Below, one piece after another: positions 10,051-21,754 of a stretch of DNA of 64,000 nt. The stretch spans positions 23,637,434 through 23,701,433 of the forward strand of contig JAHRHZ010000022.1 of NCBI GenBank assembly GCA_024137785.1, written 5' to 3'. Made by a program: the position numbers and the translations under genes. The first letter of the stretch is position 1. Each line of letters starts with the position of its first letter. The notes under the pieces were generated by a model. That model saw only the letters and a program-made list of their open reading frames with translations. It was not told where the DNA came from and did not search any database. The DNA comes from Ginglymostoma cirratum (lineage: Eukaryota).

Positions 10051-13000
10051 TTATAGGATTTCACAGATTTATATTGAAATACTGCTAAGTTAATGTAGCC
10101 TCCAGTTATTTGATTACTTTGCATTTTTAGATGCATCAAACCCAGCTTCCCAACTTCTAAAAGTGCTAATGCTTCCTAATTGATCTCGGAGTATATTTTG
10201 TTCCAATCCCTAACTCTGTTCAAAGTTGGTATACTTTTTTACTTGAGTCCTCCAGCCTCAAACCTCTTGTCCAAAGTTAGTATCTGTAGCTCTCATTATT
10301 TCAAAGAGCTGGATTATGTCCCACAAGGGGACATTGAAAATAAATTCAGTCACTGAGACTTTTCTTCCCAACTGAATCTCTTAAAGAGTGGCATCATTTA
10401 ATTCCCTCTTTGGGATGAAGGAAGAATCAGTCTTTTCTGAACAGTTTTGTTTTATTCCTTATTTGATCATGGACTAAATTTGATGTTACGGGTTCGTGAA
10501 TTCAGGAGCTGTCGGCATTGTGCTTTTATTAATAGTGTTAAACGTGAGTGTCCTGGTTTATAATTTTGTTTGAGTCCATGTCAGAATGAAACATTTTATT
10601 TTGTTCTACTTGCGTCATTTTGAGCTGGATACACTCCAGCGTGAGTCTCTGTCTGATCGTCCAACTTCATGTTTAATTGTATGTTTCAAATGCGATAGCA
10701 GCTGCTAACCTGATGCCATTGGAAATGTGGAAATCAAAGGGAAATACAATTTGTAAATGGGTAGATTTTAGTGCTTAGGAGAGAGCCCTGTGTACCCAGG
10801 ACAGTTTAATTACCTCTGGCAGTCCACTGCTTAATTCTTTTGTGTAAAATTCCTTTGTGTTAATGCAGTAGTTAACATGTTTGGGTTATGCACTGCATTG
10901 GACCAGTGCACAAAGGAATTGTTAAAGAACAAATTAAGCAGTGCGCTACCAGAGGTAATTATGTCCCTGGGGAAAGGGAGATGTAAAGAGGAAAAGAAAG
11001 CAAGTATTAATGGAGCCCCTTATCTCATTTTTGGGGTGTCCCAAGCTGTTTTGTCAACAGGGAATTGCTTTAAAGTAGAGATGGTATTGTAATGTAAGTA
11101 AGAACTATAGTCATTTCATATATAGCAAGATCTCATAAACTTCAATGAAGTAAATGTCAGGTAGGAAGAAAAAGAAAATACTCCTGTCCCATCTTTCACA
11201 CCACAAGAGTGTTCCAAAGTATCATATAGCCAAAAAGGCAATTTTGAGGTGCATTCAGATTTTTAGGTTTTGTTTTAAAAATATACCCAGAAGCTATCAT
11301 ATACAACTGACCAACTTTCCCACCACCAAATCACCGTGACTTTTTTTTAAACTACTAACTGCCACCAGTGATCAGCCATGTAGCCAATTAGATTGATGCA
11401 AACCATCGAAAGTGAAGGGGTGTTAGGGAGTGCAGGAAGGGGCTAAATCAAAATGGCATTGGAAGGAGAAATATTGCACTATATCCCCACGATGCCCACC
11501 TCTTTCTAAAGCCAACGACAGCATTAATGGACGTTGCATGCTCCCTTTCCAAGATACACCCAGGCACAAACATAACCGTGGAAGACGGCACACAGCAATT
11601 TTCAGGTTCTGTTCCCCTGTGTCCAAATTGAAATCACCTATGTGTACTGTAGTTATATTATTGGACTTCTGTTCCTTGGTTGGGATTAATACTCTAGAGA
11701 AGTTAAATCCACATCCAGACAAATTTTTTAAAAATCTACAAAGTAGTCAGTATCAATGAAAGTCACCAGAAAGCTGTTGGATTGTCATAAAAATCTAACA
11801 GGGTCACAAGTATCTTGCAGGGAAAAAGACCCATCATTCCAGCTCTATAATGTGACTCCACTCCCAAACTAAAGCAGTTGACTTCTAACTTTCTCCAAAT
11901 GGCCTAATGAAGCACTATTTTATTAGAATTATAGGCAGAAACATTGCATTTGCCAGAGATGCCTGGAACAACGAAAGTGGACTCAGTATTGTCTCAGTAC
12001 ACCAATTCCAAACCTCCCACTGTCTAGGCAACACTCATTAAGTCCAACTCTTCATTTTTAGTCCATTCCCCTGACTTCCCAGAGCCTGATCCCTTCTGTG
12101 CACTTTCTGATAGCTCAAGGTCTGACCAGAGGCTCTGCTTTGCTTTATCACTCTGAAAGATTTTGGCATGGTCTTTGCTGTATTTCTCCCTGAAACTCAT
12201 AGTCTAGTTCCTGGATCCAGCCCTGTTTGTAGCCAATGATCTAATCTTGGCATTACATTTCCAGGCCATCTATTATTGTAGGTTAGAGTGTTCAAGGTTG
12301 TGAGAGGCTGGTGGAGGGTGGCGAACCACAAAGGTGGTCAGCACACCTTAACAAGTTACATATTAAGCATTGGACAGCAAGATAGCAATTCATCCAGCCT
12401 TTCCTCCCGCCGTATGGAGTGAATTACAAGATAAGGTTTGAATACCATTTAGTGTCCTATTGAAACAGAAGCCTGTCACGGCCTTTCTTCCAGAGTCTGC
12501 TGGGGAACAGTTTATTATCCCTCTTCACACTTGGATGCATTTCACAATAAAACTTTTCATATCCTTTTAAAGAACTAGATTGGACTGTTATAAACATTTA
12601 CACCACGCTAACACATCATCTCCCTCACATCGGAATTTGTTAAATTCCCTTTCCAGATGAATATACCAGAGGAGATTACAAATATGATAGCTTTTCAGAT
12701 TGTTGGAGCTGAAGAAATTAGTTTAGTGAGCATTTACAGAGGCTAAATTGGAGCCATTAAATTGTGGATTAAATTGATGATACTTTCATTGTCTGGCCTT
12801 CAGTACCGCTGTAAAATCAATTAGCCATCACTACTCCATTCAGCTCAAAGTGTGATTGTCAGCAGTGGGCCCTGAGTGCTGGACCATCTAAGAAAGAAAA
12901 ATAACAGGAGTGTACAGGGGCTGGTGGCGGGAATATGAGCAAGGGAGGGGATCGCAGTTGTGGGAAAATATGAAGAGTGTAACACAATCCGTCCTTACCC

Positions 13001-13329
13001 CACTGTCCACCTCTACCAGCCTCTAAGTGGCAAAAGCAAAGATTGACAGCTTCACTTCACAAGATAAACAGCATTCCTGCTCACCCAGAGCAGATTTAGA
13101 ACCATAAAATCGTGCAGGACAGAAGGAGGCCATTTGGCCAATTATGCCTCTACTGTCCCTTTGTAAGAGTTCTCCAATTATTTCAATTCTCCCCTGATCT
13201 TTACCAACAGCCTTGCAAATTATCCTTTTGTTAAGTAAAGGTTCAAATCCCTTTTGAAAGGCATGAATCTGCTTCTGGCATCTTCTCAAGAAGTGTTGGA
13301 GAAAGAAAATTTGTGTTTCTACATGAGTG

Positions 13330-13620
13330 TTCATGACCTCAAAATTACTTTTTGAAATAGAGGCATTTTCTAAAGTAGAAAGATAGCAGGTAAATTCTCA
13401 CAAACAGCAACGTGATTTTGACCAGATAATCTGAATTTTTTCTTGTGCGTTATTGGTTAAGGAATTAATATTGGCCAGTGTATTAGGGAGAACTCCCAGT
13501 TTCTTGAAATAATTCAATGGGATCAATTCATCCACCTGTGAGTACATAGATATGGTCTTGCTTTAACATTTCATTTAAGAAATGGCACTTCTGAAAGTGT
13601 AGCCAAGATTTTGTTCCCAC
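13330..13620 (-). mobile_element. DeuSINE
   Basis: CACAAACAGCAACGTGAT...GACCAGATAATCTG...AATATTGGCCAG...GGGAGAACTCCC is the reverse of the Deu domain. Confidence 0.65.
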
Positions 13621-13669
13621 AAGACTGTTACAGTGCCCTGGAGTGATTTGTGTTTCCTTTTAGATAGAT

Positions 13670-13975
13670 TTAGATAAAATGCACAGATCTGTGCATTCGT
13701 CCAAATTCTGGCTTCTTGCACAGCCTCAATTTATACCATTTTTTTTGGTAGATATTCTTTCAGCTGCTTCAGCTCTGACTCTCAATTTATTAGATGTCGC
13801 TATCTTTTTACCTCTCTTTCATCCTTTAAAATACTCCTTAGATCATGCCCTTTTCATTATCCTAATATCACCTTAAGTGTCAAATTTTGATTGGTAATTG
13901 CTCCTGTGAAGCACCTTGGGAAATTTTATAATGCAGTAGTGTAGGTACTACATAAATACAACTTGATGTAGTTAT
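13670..13975 (+). mobile_element. L2-like LINE 3' end
   Basis: ...GCTCCTGTGAAGCACCTTGGG...TACATAAATACAACTTG tail. Confidence 0.5.
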
Positions 13976-14274
13976 CTTTTTATACAAGATTTATGATGGC
14001 GAATTTTGAATACTTTAAGTGAGTAGTCTATAAATCTGACCTCTATGGGATGTAGAGATCTAATGAACACTAACCCCAACTCTTCAATGAAGAACCAATC
14101 TTTGTTCACCAGGTTTATCTTTAAGACCTTATTAACAATGAGTCTCCCTAGGACACAGTGAACGTCAGTGTTCTTGATTTTTAAAAATTAAATAATTCTT
14201 AGTGTTTGATAACTAAATTGATGCTTATTCACTTACTTTATTAAATAGATGTCTTAAGCATGATGTACGCAGTA

Positions 14275-14390
14275 TAATTGACTGGTGGCTCATCAATAAC
14301 ACTTTTAAATAATTGACTGCTGGTTTATCAATAATGCTGCCTAATAATCGACAGGAGCTTTACAAATAAAATGCAGGCTAATTGGACTTT
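14275..14390. repeat. Degenerate ~35-bp tandem repeat, about 3.3 units
   Basis: Unit starts TAAT(T/C)G at 14275, 14310, 14345 and 14379; units contain ATCAATAA or CAAATAA. Confidence 0.6.
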
Positions 14391-14919
14391 TCCTCAGTAA
14401 GACAATGGATCATTTCCATAAAGCAATACTTCCTCACATGTATCCTCTATTTATTGATAAAGTGACAATAGGTTAGTAAATAGTGTCTTTGTGTAATATG
14501 TCATTTATTCATCAGCAGTATCATAGACCTACATGGTCAAAATCACAAGAGCTGGGTGCAGGGACAACTCAATGGAAGAATCCTGATCACATCATTAATG
14601 GCCCAAGCCTGTCAGCTCGGCACAATTACAACCTTCTCTCTACACTCTGTTGCTTTTCCAGCCCAAACCCTCTGTTTGCTACTATAGTTATTATTCCTTC
14701 AAAAGTTTCTCTGAACAGACCATCCCCTGCTACCTTTTTACACTTAAGCTTCCTTAAATCTACTGTCCAGGCCAACATCTATCTCTCCAGCTCCTAATGT
14801 AAGGCACAGTCGTCTTCCCATCCTTGTTTGTGGGAGTTTGCTGTACACAAATTGGCTGCTGAATTTCCTGGCACTAGGACGCTTCAGAACGTGCTTTATT
14901 GGCTGTAAAGTTTTCTTTT

Positions 14920-15270
14920 AAAACCTTTCACAGGATATGGGCTATCAATGGCACGGCCAGCATTTGTTGTTTGTGCTTAATTGCCCCGGAACTGAGTGAA
15001 AAGGGCAATATTGCTGTGGATCTGGAGTTACTTTCAGGCCACACCAAGAAGGACAGCAGATTTCCTTCCCTAAAGGAAGGAATATGAGGGAACCAGATGT
15101 GTTTTTATGACAATAGTTTCAGGATTACCTTTATTGAAACTAGCTCTCAATTCCCGATTTATTAATTGGATTTAAATTCAGGCAGCTGCGGTGGTGGGAT
15201 TTGAATGCACATCCCCAGAGCATTAATCTGGGTTTTTAGATCAAGCAACGTTACAACTACACCACTATGA
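14920..15270 (-). mobile_element. tRNA-derived SINE with CR1-like 3' tail, nested in a DeuSINE tail
   Basis: Reverse B-box-like GTGGGATTTGAA near 15195 and tail GGCCAGCATTTGTTG...AATTGCCC. Relatives at 29265-29585 and about 50790-51090. Confidence 0.55.
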
Positions 15271-16383
15271 TCCCAAAGCACTTTTCAATGTCTTGAGATT
15301 ATGAAAGGTGCTACGTAAAAGCAAATCTTTCTTTTTTTGAGAAATCAAGAGTCATTTTACCCCCTCCAACCCTGTCACATTCTTCAGCAGGTCGTTCAGA
15401 TCAAGAAATTCTTCATCTCCTCAGACTCCCTTGTCAGTACCAACAAGGTTGTGAAACTACACCTTTTCACTTCAAGATATTCTGTCACTGATCTCATGAT
15501 GCTATTGACCTATGCAATATTTTGGCTCTATAGGTCATTGTCCTTTCTACTTTAACTGATTAATGAAAAGCAACTGAAATAGGCTGACTTGAGTCCTTTG
15601 GACTGGATATTCATCCCAAAGGTGGCTAGCAGGAGTTGGCAATTTTTCTGACTTGATGTGCCTACCTTGGGAGAAAGTGTCTGCTCAAGCAGAATTTCTG
15701 TTCTGTACAGGTGGTAGTGGAGTGGGGGTAGGGGAGTTTGTGGCTGGGGGTGGGAGTGGAGCAGGGGTTGGTAGCTGGGGGAGGGGAGTAGGGTAGGTGT
15801 AGGATGATCACTGGAGTTGGGCCTGACACTCCTGGAAAGAGTTTAAAAGCAGCCACATGGGTTGTTGGGTGCCAAGACATTGTGTTAAGAAAGCCAGACA
15901 CATTGCTCTGGGGCTTTGTCCCATTTGTAATAATAACAGAAATTTGTAATAATTAAAAATAAGAGCCCTCTAGCCCTCACACCCCTACAACTGAGGTCAA
16001 TTCATGCTCCTGTCCACACCCCCATGGCTCCTCATACCAATTATAACAACCCACGTTTCTCATTCCCACCTCCTTCACACCATCTATACAAGCCTATATC
16101 CCTTCATGGCCCCTCATTCCCCGCATTCTCCAATTGTATGGTCCATCTACACCAACATATGGCACATCCATGCCCATTATCCCAATAAACATTCCACACA
16201 GAACCAATGAACTCTATTCTAACAATAACAGGAATGGAAAAGCTGTTAAAATCAGCTACTCATTTATAACAAGTTACAAACTTCATTATGCATTCTTGAC
16301 AATCTTTATTGTTTTAAAAGCTTTTAGGTCCTCTAAACCTGGCACATTTCACCTACCCAACCCAACCCACTCGCCAACTTCAA

Positions 16384-16780
16384 ATAAAAACCAAAAGAAC
16401 TGCCGATGCTGTAAATCAGGAACAAAAACAGAAGTTGCTGAAAAAGCTCAGCAGGTCTGGCAGCATCTGTGAAGAAAAAAATCAGAGTCAACGTTTCGGG
16501 TCTGGTGACCCTTCCTCAGAACTGCTTCCTCAGGCAGCAGTTTTGACATTTGAAACACTTCTGTTGTGCCAAAATTGATAATCTCATCAGAACTTTTCTT
16601 CTTTTCAGATCCTGCCAAGAGATGAGGAAGTCTAACCAAATCTCTGACCAGTTGTCCTTGACCAGATACTCGACCCAAAATGTTAACTCTCCACAGATGC
16701 TGCCAAAATGACTGAGCTTTTCCAGCAATTACCATTTTTGTTTCTGATTCATAGCATTTGCAGTTCTTTCAGTTTTTATG
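16384..16780. mobile_element. Two inverted Penelope-like family B termini with an intact hammerhead core on the minus strand (16486-16523)
   Basis: The minus strand reads AGTT-CTGAGGA-A-GGGTC-ACCA-GACCC-GAAAC-GTT-GACT. An older, more diverged opposite arm lies at about 16670-16780. Confidence 0.8.
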
Positions 16781-18400
16781 ACAACAGTTTGTCCCTGGAC
16801 CAGTTGTTCTCTGATTAGCCTCTCTGAATAAACTTGGTATAACTTGATTTCTCTTGGTCTGTTTGCAGTCTCTTGGAACTATTCAAGGACTTTCTGCTAG
16901 CTCAGTGATGTTTAATTCTAGACGTGCGAGCAGACACAGAAGTGAGAAATGTTGATTGTAAATCATAAAAACATTTTCTATGATCTGGCACTTTGTGTGA
17001 CGCAGTGTTGCTTAACACATACCATTAATCTTAAGAGTTATACCAACTGGACCTTTCAGTTTCATCTGTTTAAGATGCAAATTCTGTTCTCTCTGACATT
17101 GGGCGGCATGGTGGCACTGTGGTTTGCACAGCTACTTCACAGCACCAGGGACCCTGGTTCAATTCCAACCTCAGGTGACTGTCTGTGTGGAGTTTGCATA
17201 TTCTCCCCATGTCTATGTGGTTTTCCTCTAGTTGCTCTAGTTTCCTTCCGCAGCCCAAAGATGTTTGGGTTAGATGAATTGGCCATGCTAAATTACCTGT
17301 AGTGTTCAGAGATGTGCAGGCTAGGTGGATTAGACATGGGAAATGCAGGATTAGAGGGATTGGGTGGGATGCTCTTTGGAGGGTTGGTGTTAACTTGATG
17401 GGCTGAATGGCCTGCTTCCACACCATAGACATTCTATGATTCAATGTTATTCTATCTGAGAAGACAATGACATTCTCCCTTGCCTCAAGCTAAAAATTAA
17501 TCAGTTGTCCATCAACATAAACAGGTTCTGTTAAACTGGACTCAGCTGGATCACCTAATTTCACTAGAAATGCACTGGATATCTTTGTTAATACTTGTGG
17601 ATAGATCACTTTAACGTGTCTGTAAAAATAGGCATCTAACTTTGAAAAGGCATTGTATTTCTTCACATCTTCTGGAAATGACCTATAGTTTGACAGATGT
17701 AGCATTGTTTTATTCTGGCTGCACACTGCTTGTGTCTGTAGAGCTCTTTATTCCACAACACTGACACTGACTAATAGTATCTGCTTTTTGTCTCACCCTT
17801 TGTGTTGGCTTGTCCCATGCTTCTGCATTTTTTGTACTCTGTAAAATGAATAGGTTCAGCTCCTCTCTTGAGATAAGAATATATTTCATATTTCACGATT
17901 TGTCTGTCATTCTTTCTTGTCTCTAACTCCAGCACAATCTGAATTCCCCCAAAGTTGAATCTTCTTTGGACTGTAATACATCTGTTTTAGACTCTTTAAT
18001 AATCTTGAGAACCGTTCTACCTGTTTCAATTCTGATTTTAAAGCTCCATAGTCATAGATTTGCACTATTCTGTAAGAGATCATCAATTAAATTATCTATG
18101 GATTCTCCTGGATGCTGAATTCTTTGAATAAACATTGCTCTTTCAAGAATTTTATTTGATTTTGCATAAAAGTAATTGTCAAAAGCTTGCAGAACTGCAT
18201 CAAGAGTATCTGTGTTTTCATTTATGTTCTGATGATTTACAACATCATCAGCTATTGGTCTTGTATATGTATTTGTTCAGCTTTTGATTTATTATTTAGC
18301 TGTAAATCAATTCTGTACCTCAAGGACTATTTTCTCCAAGATGTCCAATCCTGTGTTTTATTTGGCCCATTTCTGATATAGAATACTTCAGGGAAGGCAA
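16780..18400 (-). mobile_element. Gypsy/Ty3 LTR-retrotransposon gag-protease fossil, interrupted by HE1
   Basis: Broken minus frames read WTSWRK*SLRYRI; VLQAFDNYFYAKSNKILERAMFIQRIQHPGESIDNLIDDL; YDYGALKSEL; zinc knuckle CAARIKQCYICQTIGHFQKM*; and a decayed protease region VYVDGQLINF*LEARENVIV (cf. FKLDTGADVTV). Confidence 0.85.
17101..17443 (+). mobile_element. HE1-type V-SINE
   Basis: GGGCGGCATGGTGGCACTGTGG...GGTTCAATTCC...TGTCTGTGTGGAGTTTGCATATTCTCCCC...GGGCTGAATGGCCTGCTTCC. Confidence 0.9.
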
Positions 18401-18551
18401 CGTTGAAATGGTATTAATGTTAGGTTACTAATCTAGAGACCCGGGTAAGGTTCTGGGGACAGAGGTTCAGCAGCACAGTCTCAGATGTAGCAGACACAGT
18501 TGGAATAACCTGGGAAATTGAAGCTTGCAAATGACAATTGCTTTGCATTTG

Positions 18552-19203
18552 TTTCAGAGATAGTAGGAACTGCAGATGCTGGAGAATCTGAGATAACAAG
18601 GTGTAGAGCTGGATGAACACAGCAGGCCAAGCAGCATCAGAGGAGCAGGAAGGCTGACGTTTCGGGCCTAGATCCTTCTTCTGAAGAAGGGTCTAGGCCC
18701 GAAACGTCAGNNNNNNNNNNNNNNNNNNNNNNNNNNNNNNNNNNNNNNNNNNNNNNNNNNNNNNNNNNNNNNNNNNNNNNNNNNNNNNNNNNNNNNNNNN
18801 NNNNNNNNNNNNNNNNNNNNNNNNNNNNNNNNNNNNNNNNNNNNNNNNNNNNNNNNNNNNNNNNNNNNNNNNNNNNNNNNNNNNNNNNNNNNNNNNNNNN
18901 NNNNNNNNNNNNNNNNNNNNNNNNNNNNNNNNNNNNNNNNNNNNNNNNNNNNNNNNNNNNNNNNNNNNNNNNNNNNNNNNNNNNNNNNNNNNNNNNNNNN
19001 NNNNNNNNNNNNNNNNNNNNNNNNNNNNNNNNNNNNNNNNNNNNNNNNNNNNNNNNNNNNNNNNNNNNNNNNNNNNNNNNNNNNNNNNNNNNNNNNNNNN
19101 NNNNNNNNNNTGAAGAAGGGTCTAGGCCCGAAACGTCAGCCTTTCTGCTCCTCTGATGCTACTTGGCCTGCTGTGTTCATCCAGCTCTACACCTTGTTAT
19201 CTC
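18552..19203. mobile_element. Penelope-like inverted terminus pair (family A) spanning an assembly gap, with an intact hammerhead core at 18681-18710
   Basis: TSD TGCTTTGCATTTG at 18539-18551 and 19204-19216. Core reads CTGAAGA-A-GGGTCTAGGCCC-GAAAC-GTC-AG. Confidence 0.85.
18711..19110. other. Assembly gap (400 N)
   Basis: Run of N. Confidence 1.
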
Positions 19204-19439
19204 TGCTTTGCATTTGGAGCTGAGATAATCCAACAAAAAGCAAAGAATTCAGAAGGTTCTGCTTTCATTAAACTTGGGGAAGACAGATAATTAAAAACCT
19301 AGTTCAACTCTTGGGTAATCTGACCCCAACTTATATCACATAGCCCTCCAAACACACCACCCTTGATTCCTTACGCCACCCAGGCCTCTCAGAGCCACAG
19401 CCTCCTCTGCATCAGACATCCCAGATCCCAGTAGATTTC

Positions 19440-19990
19440 CACTTATGCTGATAGCCGACATGCCATGCCCAGCACACTAGCCCCTGACAGCCAGTCTGAT
19501 TCCCTGGAACCTGGCATCTTCATTCCTGCCTCTGGAATGAATGCCTGACCTCAGACACATACCGTACAATGCCAGCCTGATGCCCCCTACCTGCTAGCTT
19601 GTACTTATGCCTGCTCCAATAACCCACTTGCCCAGTGGATTTAACCCATGCTGGCCCCGACATGCCATTGCCTGCTAGCTTGAACATTCTCCACCTAAAG
19701 TCTGACACACCCTCCCGCTGCCAGATGCAATGTCTCCCTTACCTGCCAGTCTGAATTTCTGCAAGTTCAGGTAGCCCCTTGCCCATTGGCTTGAGCCCCC
19801 AGGGCCCAAAATACCTTCCTGTTACCAGCACTGACATCTGCCTCACTCACTCTGCCAGCCCTGACAATTGCCCCTTCCTCAGGCCCAATAACTCCCCACC
19901 TCCCATTAGCAATACATATCCTAATACTAACCCTCTCCTGCCAGACCTGACACATCCTCTGACAGCCTCAAAACACACCCACACACCCAG
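19440..19990. repeat. C-rich degenerate repeat array of CCTGCCAGCCTGA-like motifs
   Basis: Variants include GCCAGCCTGA, CCTGCTAGCTTG (twice), CCTGCCAGTCTGA, TCTGCCAGCCCTGAC and CCTGCCAGACCTGAC at irregular spacing. Confidence 0.5.
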
Positions 19991-21754
19991 CCTACTCTAA
20001 GCCCTCCATCACTTAATTGGCGCTCATGACTCCACCTTGGCCCCCTAACACCCTAACCAACTGTGGCCTTAATCCCATTCTCTTTTATTCTTTCAGAGTA
20101 GCTAAGGTAAGTGTCACAGTATGTGGCTGCACTGCTGGGCATTTAAACTTCACAACACAGCACACTGACTGCTACAAAACACAATGCGGTTTGACTTCTG
20201 ACTACGCTGTAATAAAAGGAAACAGTGCAAGTTTCTGAAACAGCCAGGATCCAAATTTCCAGCTAGGGACTAGGACTGTAAGGAGCGTCAAGGATATAGG
20301 TCTGCGATCTGTGAGATCCGAGTTAAAATTCTGCCTTATCCCCATTCCAAGGCAATGGGACATCTTCAGATTGGATGGAGTTTAATTCCGTCTGCAACAT
20401 TAACCCTTTCAGAACTATTGCCTTATGCAACAATACCAACTTCCCAAATGCTTTTATTCAATGGTTGCAAGTTACAGCTTCTCAATTCTCAGTCTAAGTC
20501 GAGATGGTTGGATAATTCCCTCTGTCAATCAGATCTGGAAACTGTACAGCTTAATTGCTATTGCCTTTATCCTCCACTTGCTGCATTTTAGGGGAGAGAA
20601 AACTTTGCCATTAGTGGGTGATTTTAATAGTTTTGGTCATAAGCACTGTGTGCTGTTGTTTACAGGGGCTTTTATTTCAAGCAGACTCTGTTTGCTGAAT
20701 AAATTGTCCTTGTTTGCTGTGAAATAGACGATTGATCATAAGTCCTGAGGTAAATCATGCCTTGTCTCCAACTCCCTGGCTGTTATGACATTGGATCAAA
20801 GGACTCATTGCACTCCAATACAAGGTGCCTGCTGTTTTAATGTATACCAGAGTACTCTAAAATTGGATTATGCATTAAACTGAGGTCAGTTGAAGACACC
20901 AATTTAACATTTGATCCTGAACATAGCATCTCTTACATTGCAGCATGTCCTCTGAGCTACAGTGGAATGTCAGCCTGGATTACACACAGGGAGTTGGACT
21001 CAATTCTGAGGCCTTCCTGTGTCAGACAAAAGTGCTACCAGCTGAAACAAGCTAACTTCAAGGTACCCACTGTGTAATCCAGCATTACTGGAATATAAAT
21101 TCCTGTTTCAAGCATAAAATGCTCACCAATTATCTGCCACTTAATCCCCTGCAACACTAAATATAGTCACTCCACTGTCACATTTAACCTGGAGGCAACA
21201 GCACATTTAGATTCTTGAACATTTTATATAAAGTGTCTATTTCTGATACTGGTGTTTCTGTATTGAGTTGCTGAATGAATGATTCAACAAGCTGTGCGAC
21301 AAAAGATTTTCAAATGGAATGTTTTTATCCATGGTTTACAGAAATCCTGATGTAAATGTAATCCACTTCAGTTGTGTTTTTAAGCATAAAAATATCTTAG
21401 GCATTAGTCTTGCTGCACATACAATATATTTCATACTTTACAACATTTCATTGGGGTGAAACACTTATAAACATTCCAAAGTTGTGAAGCCTTGTTATAT
21501 ATCCAGGTTTTTTTTGACTTAAGTGGACATTTAAATGCTGGGTCACATGTTAAAGACAAGAAGCATCTGCTTCTTTGACTTTGGTTTATTGTTAATTAAA
21601 TCCCAGGGTTGGAGTTGGGCAGGTGGATTGACATGAGACTTCCCTCAATATGAAGTGCTCTACAACATTAAAATGCATTCATTCCTCTTGTGTCCTTTCT
21701 GTGCTGCAAAATCTGGCCGTTTATACACTCTCTCCTTTGTCTCTGGAGAAGGGA

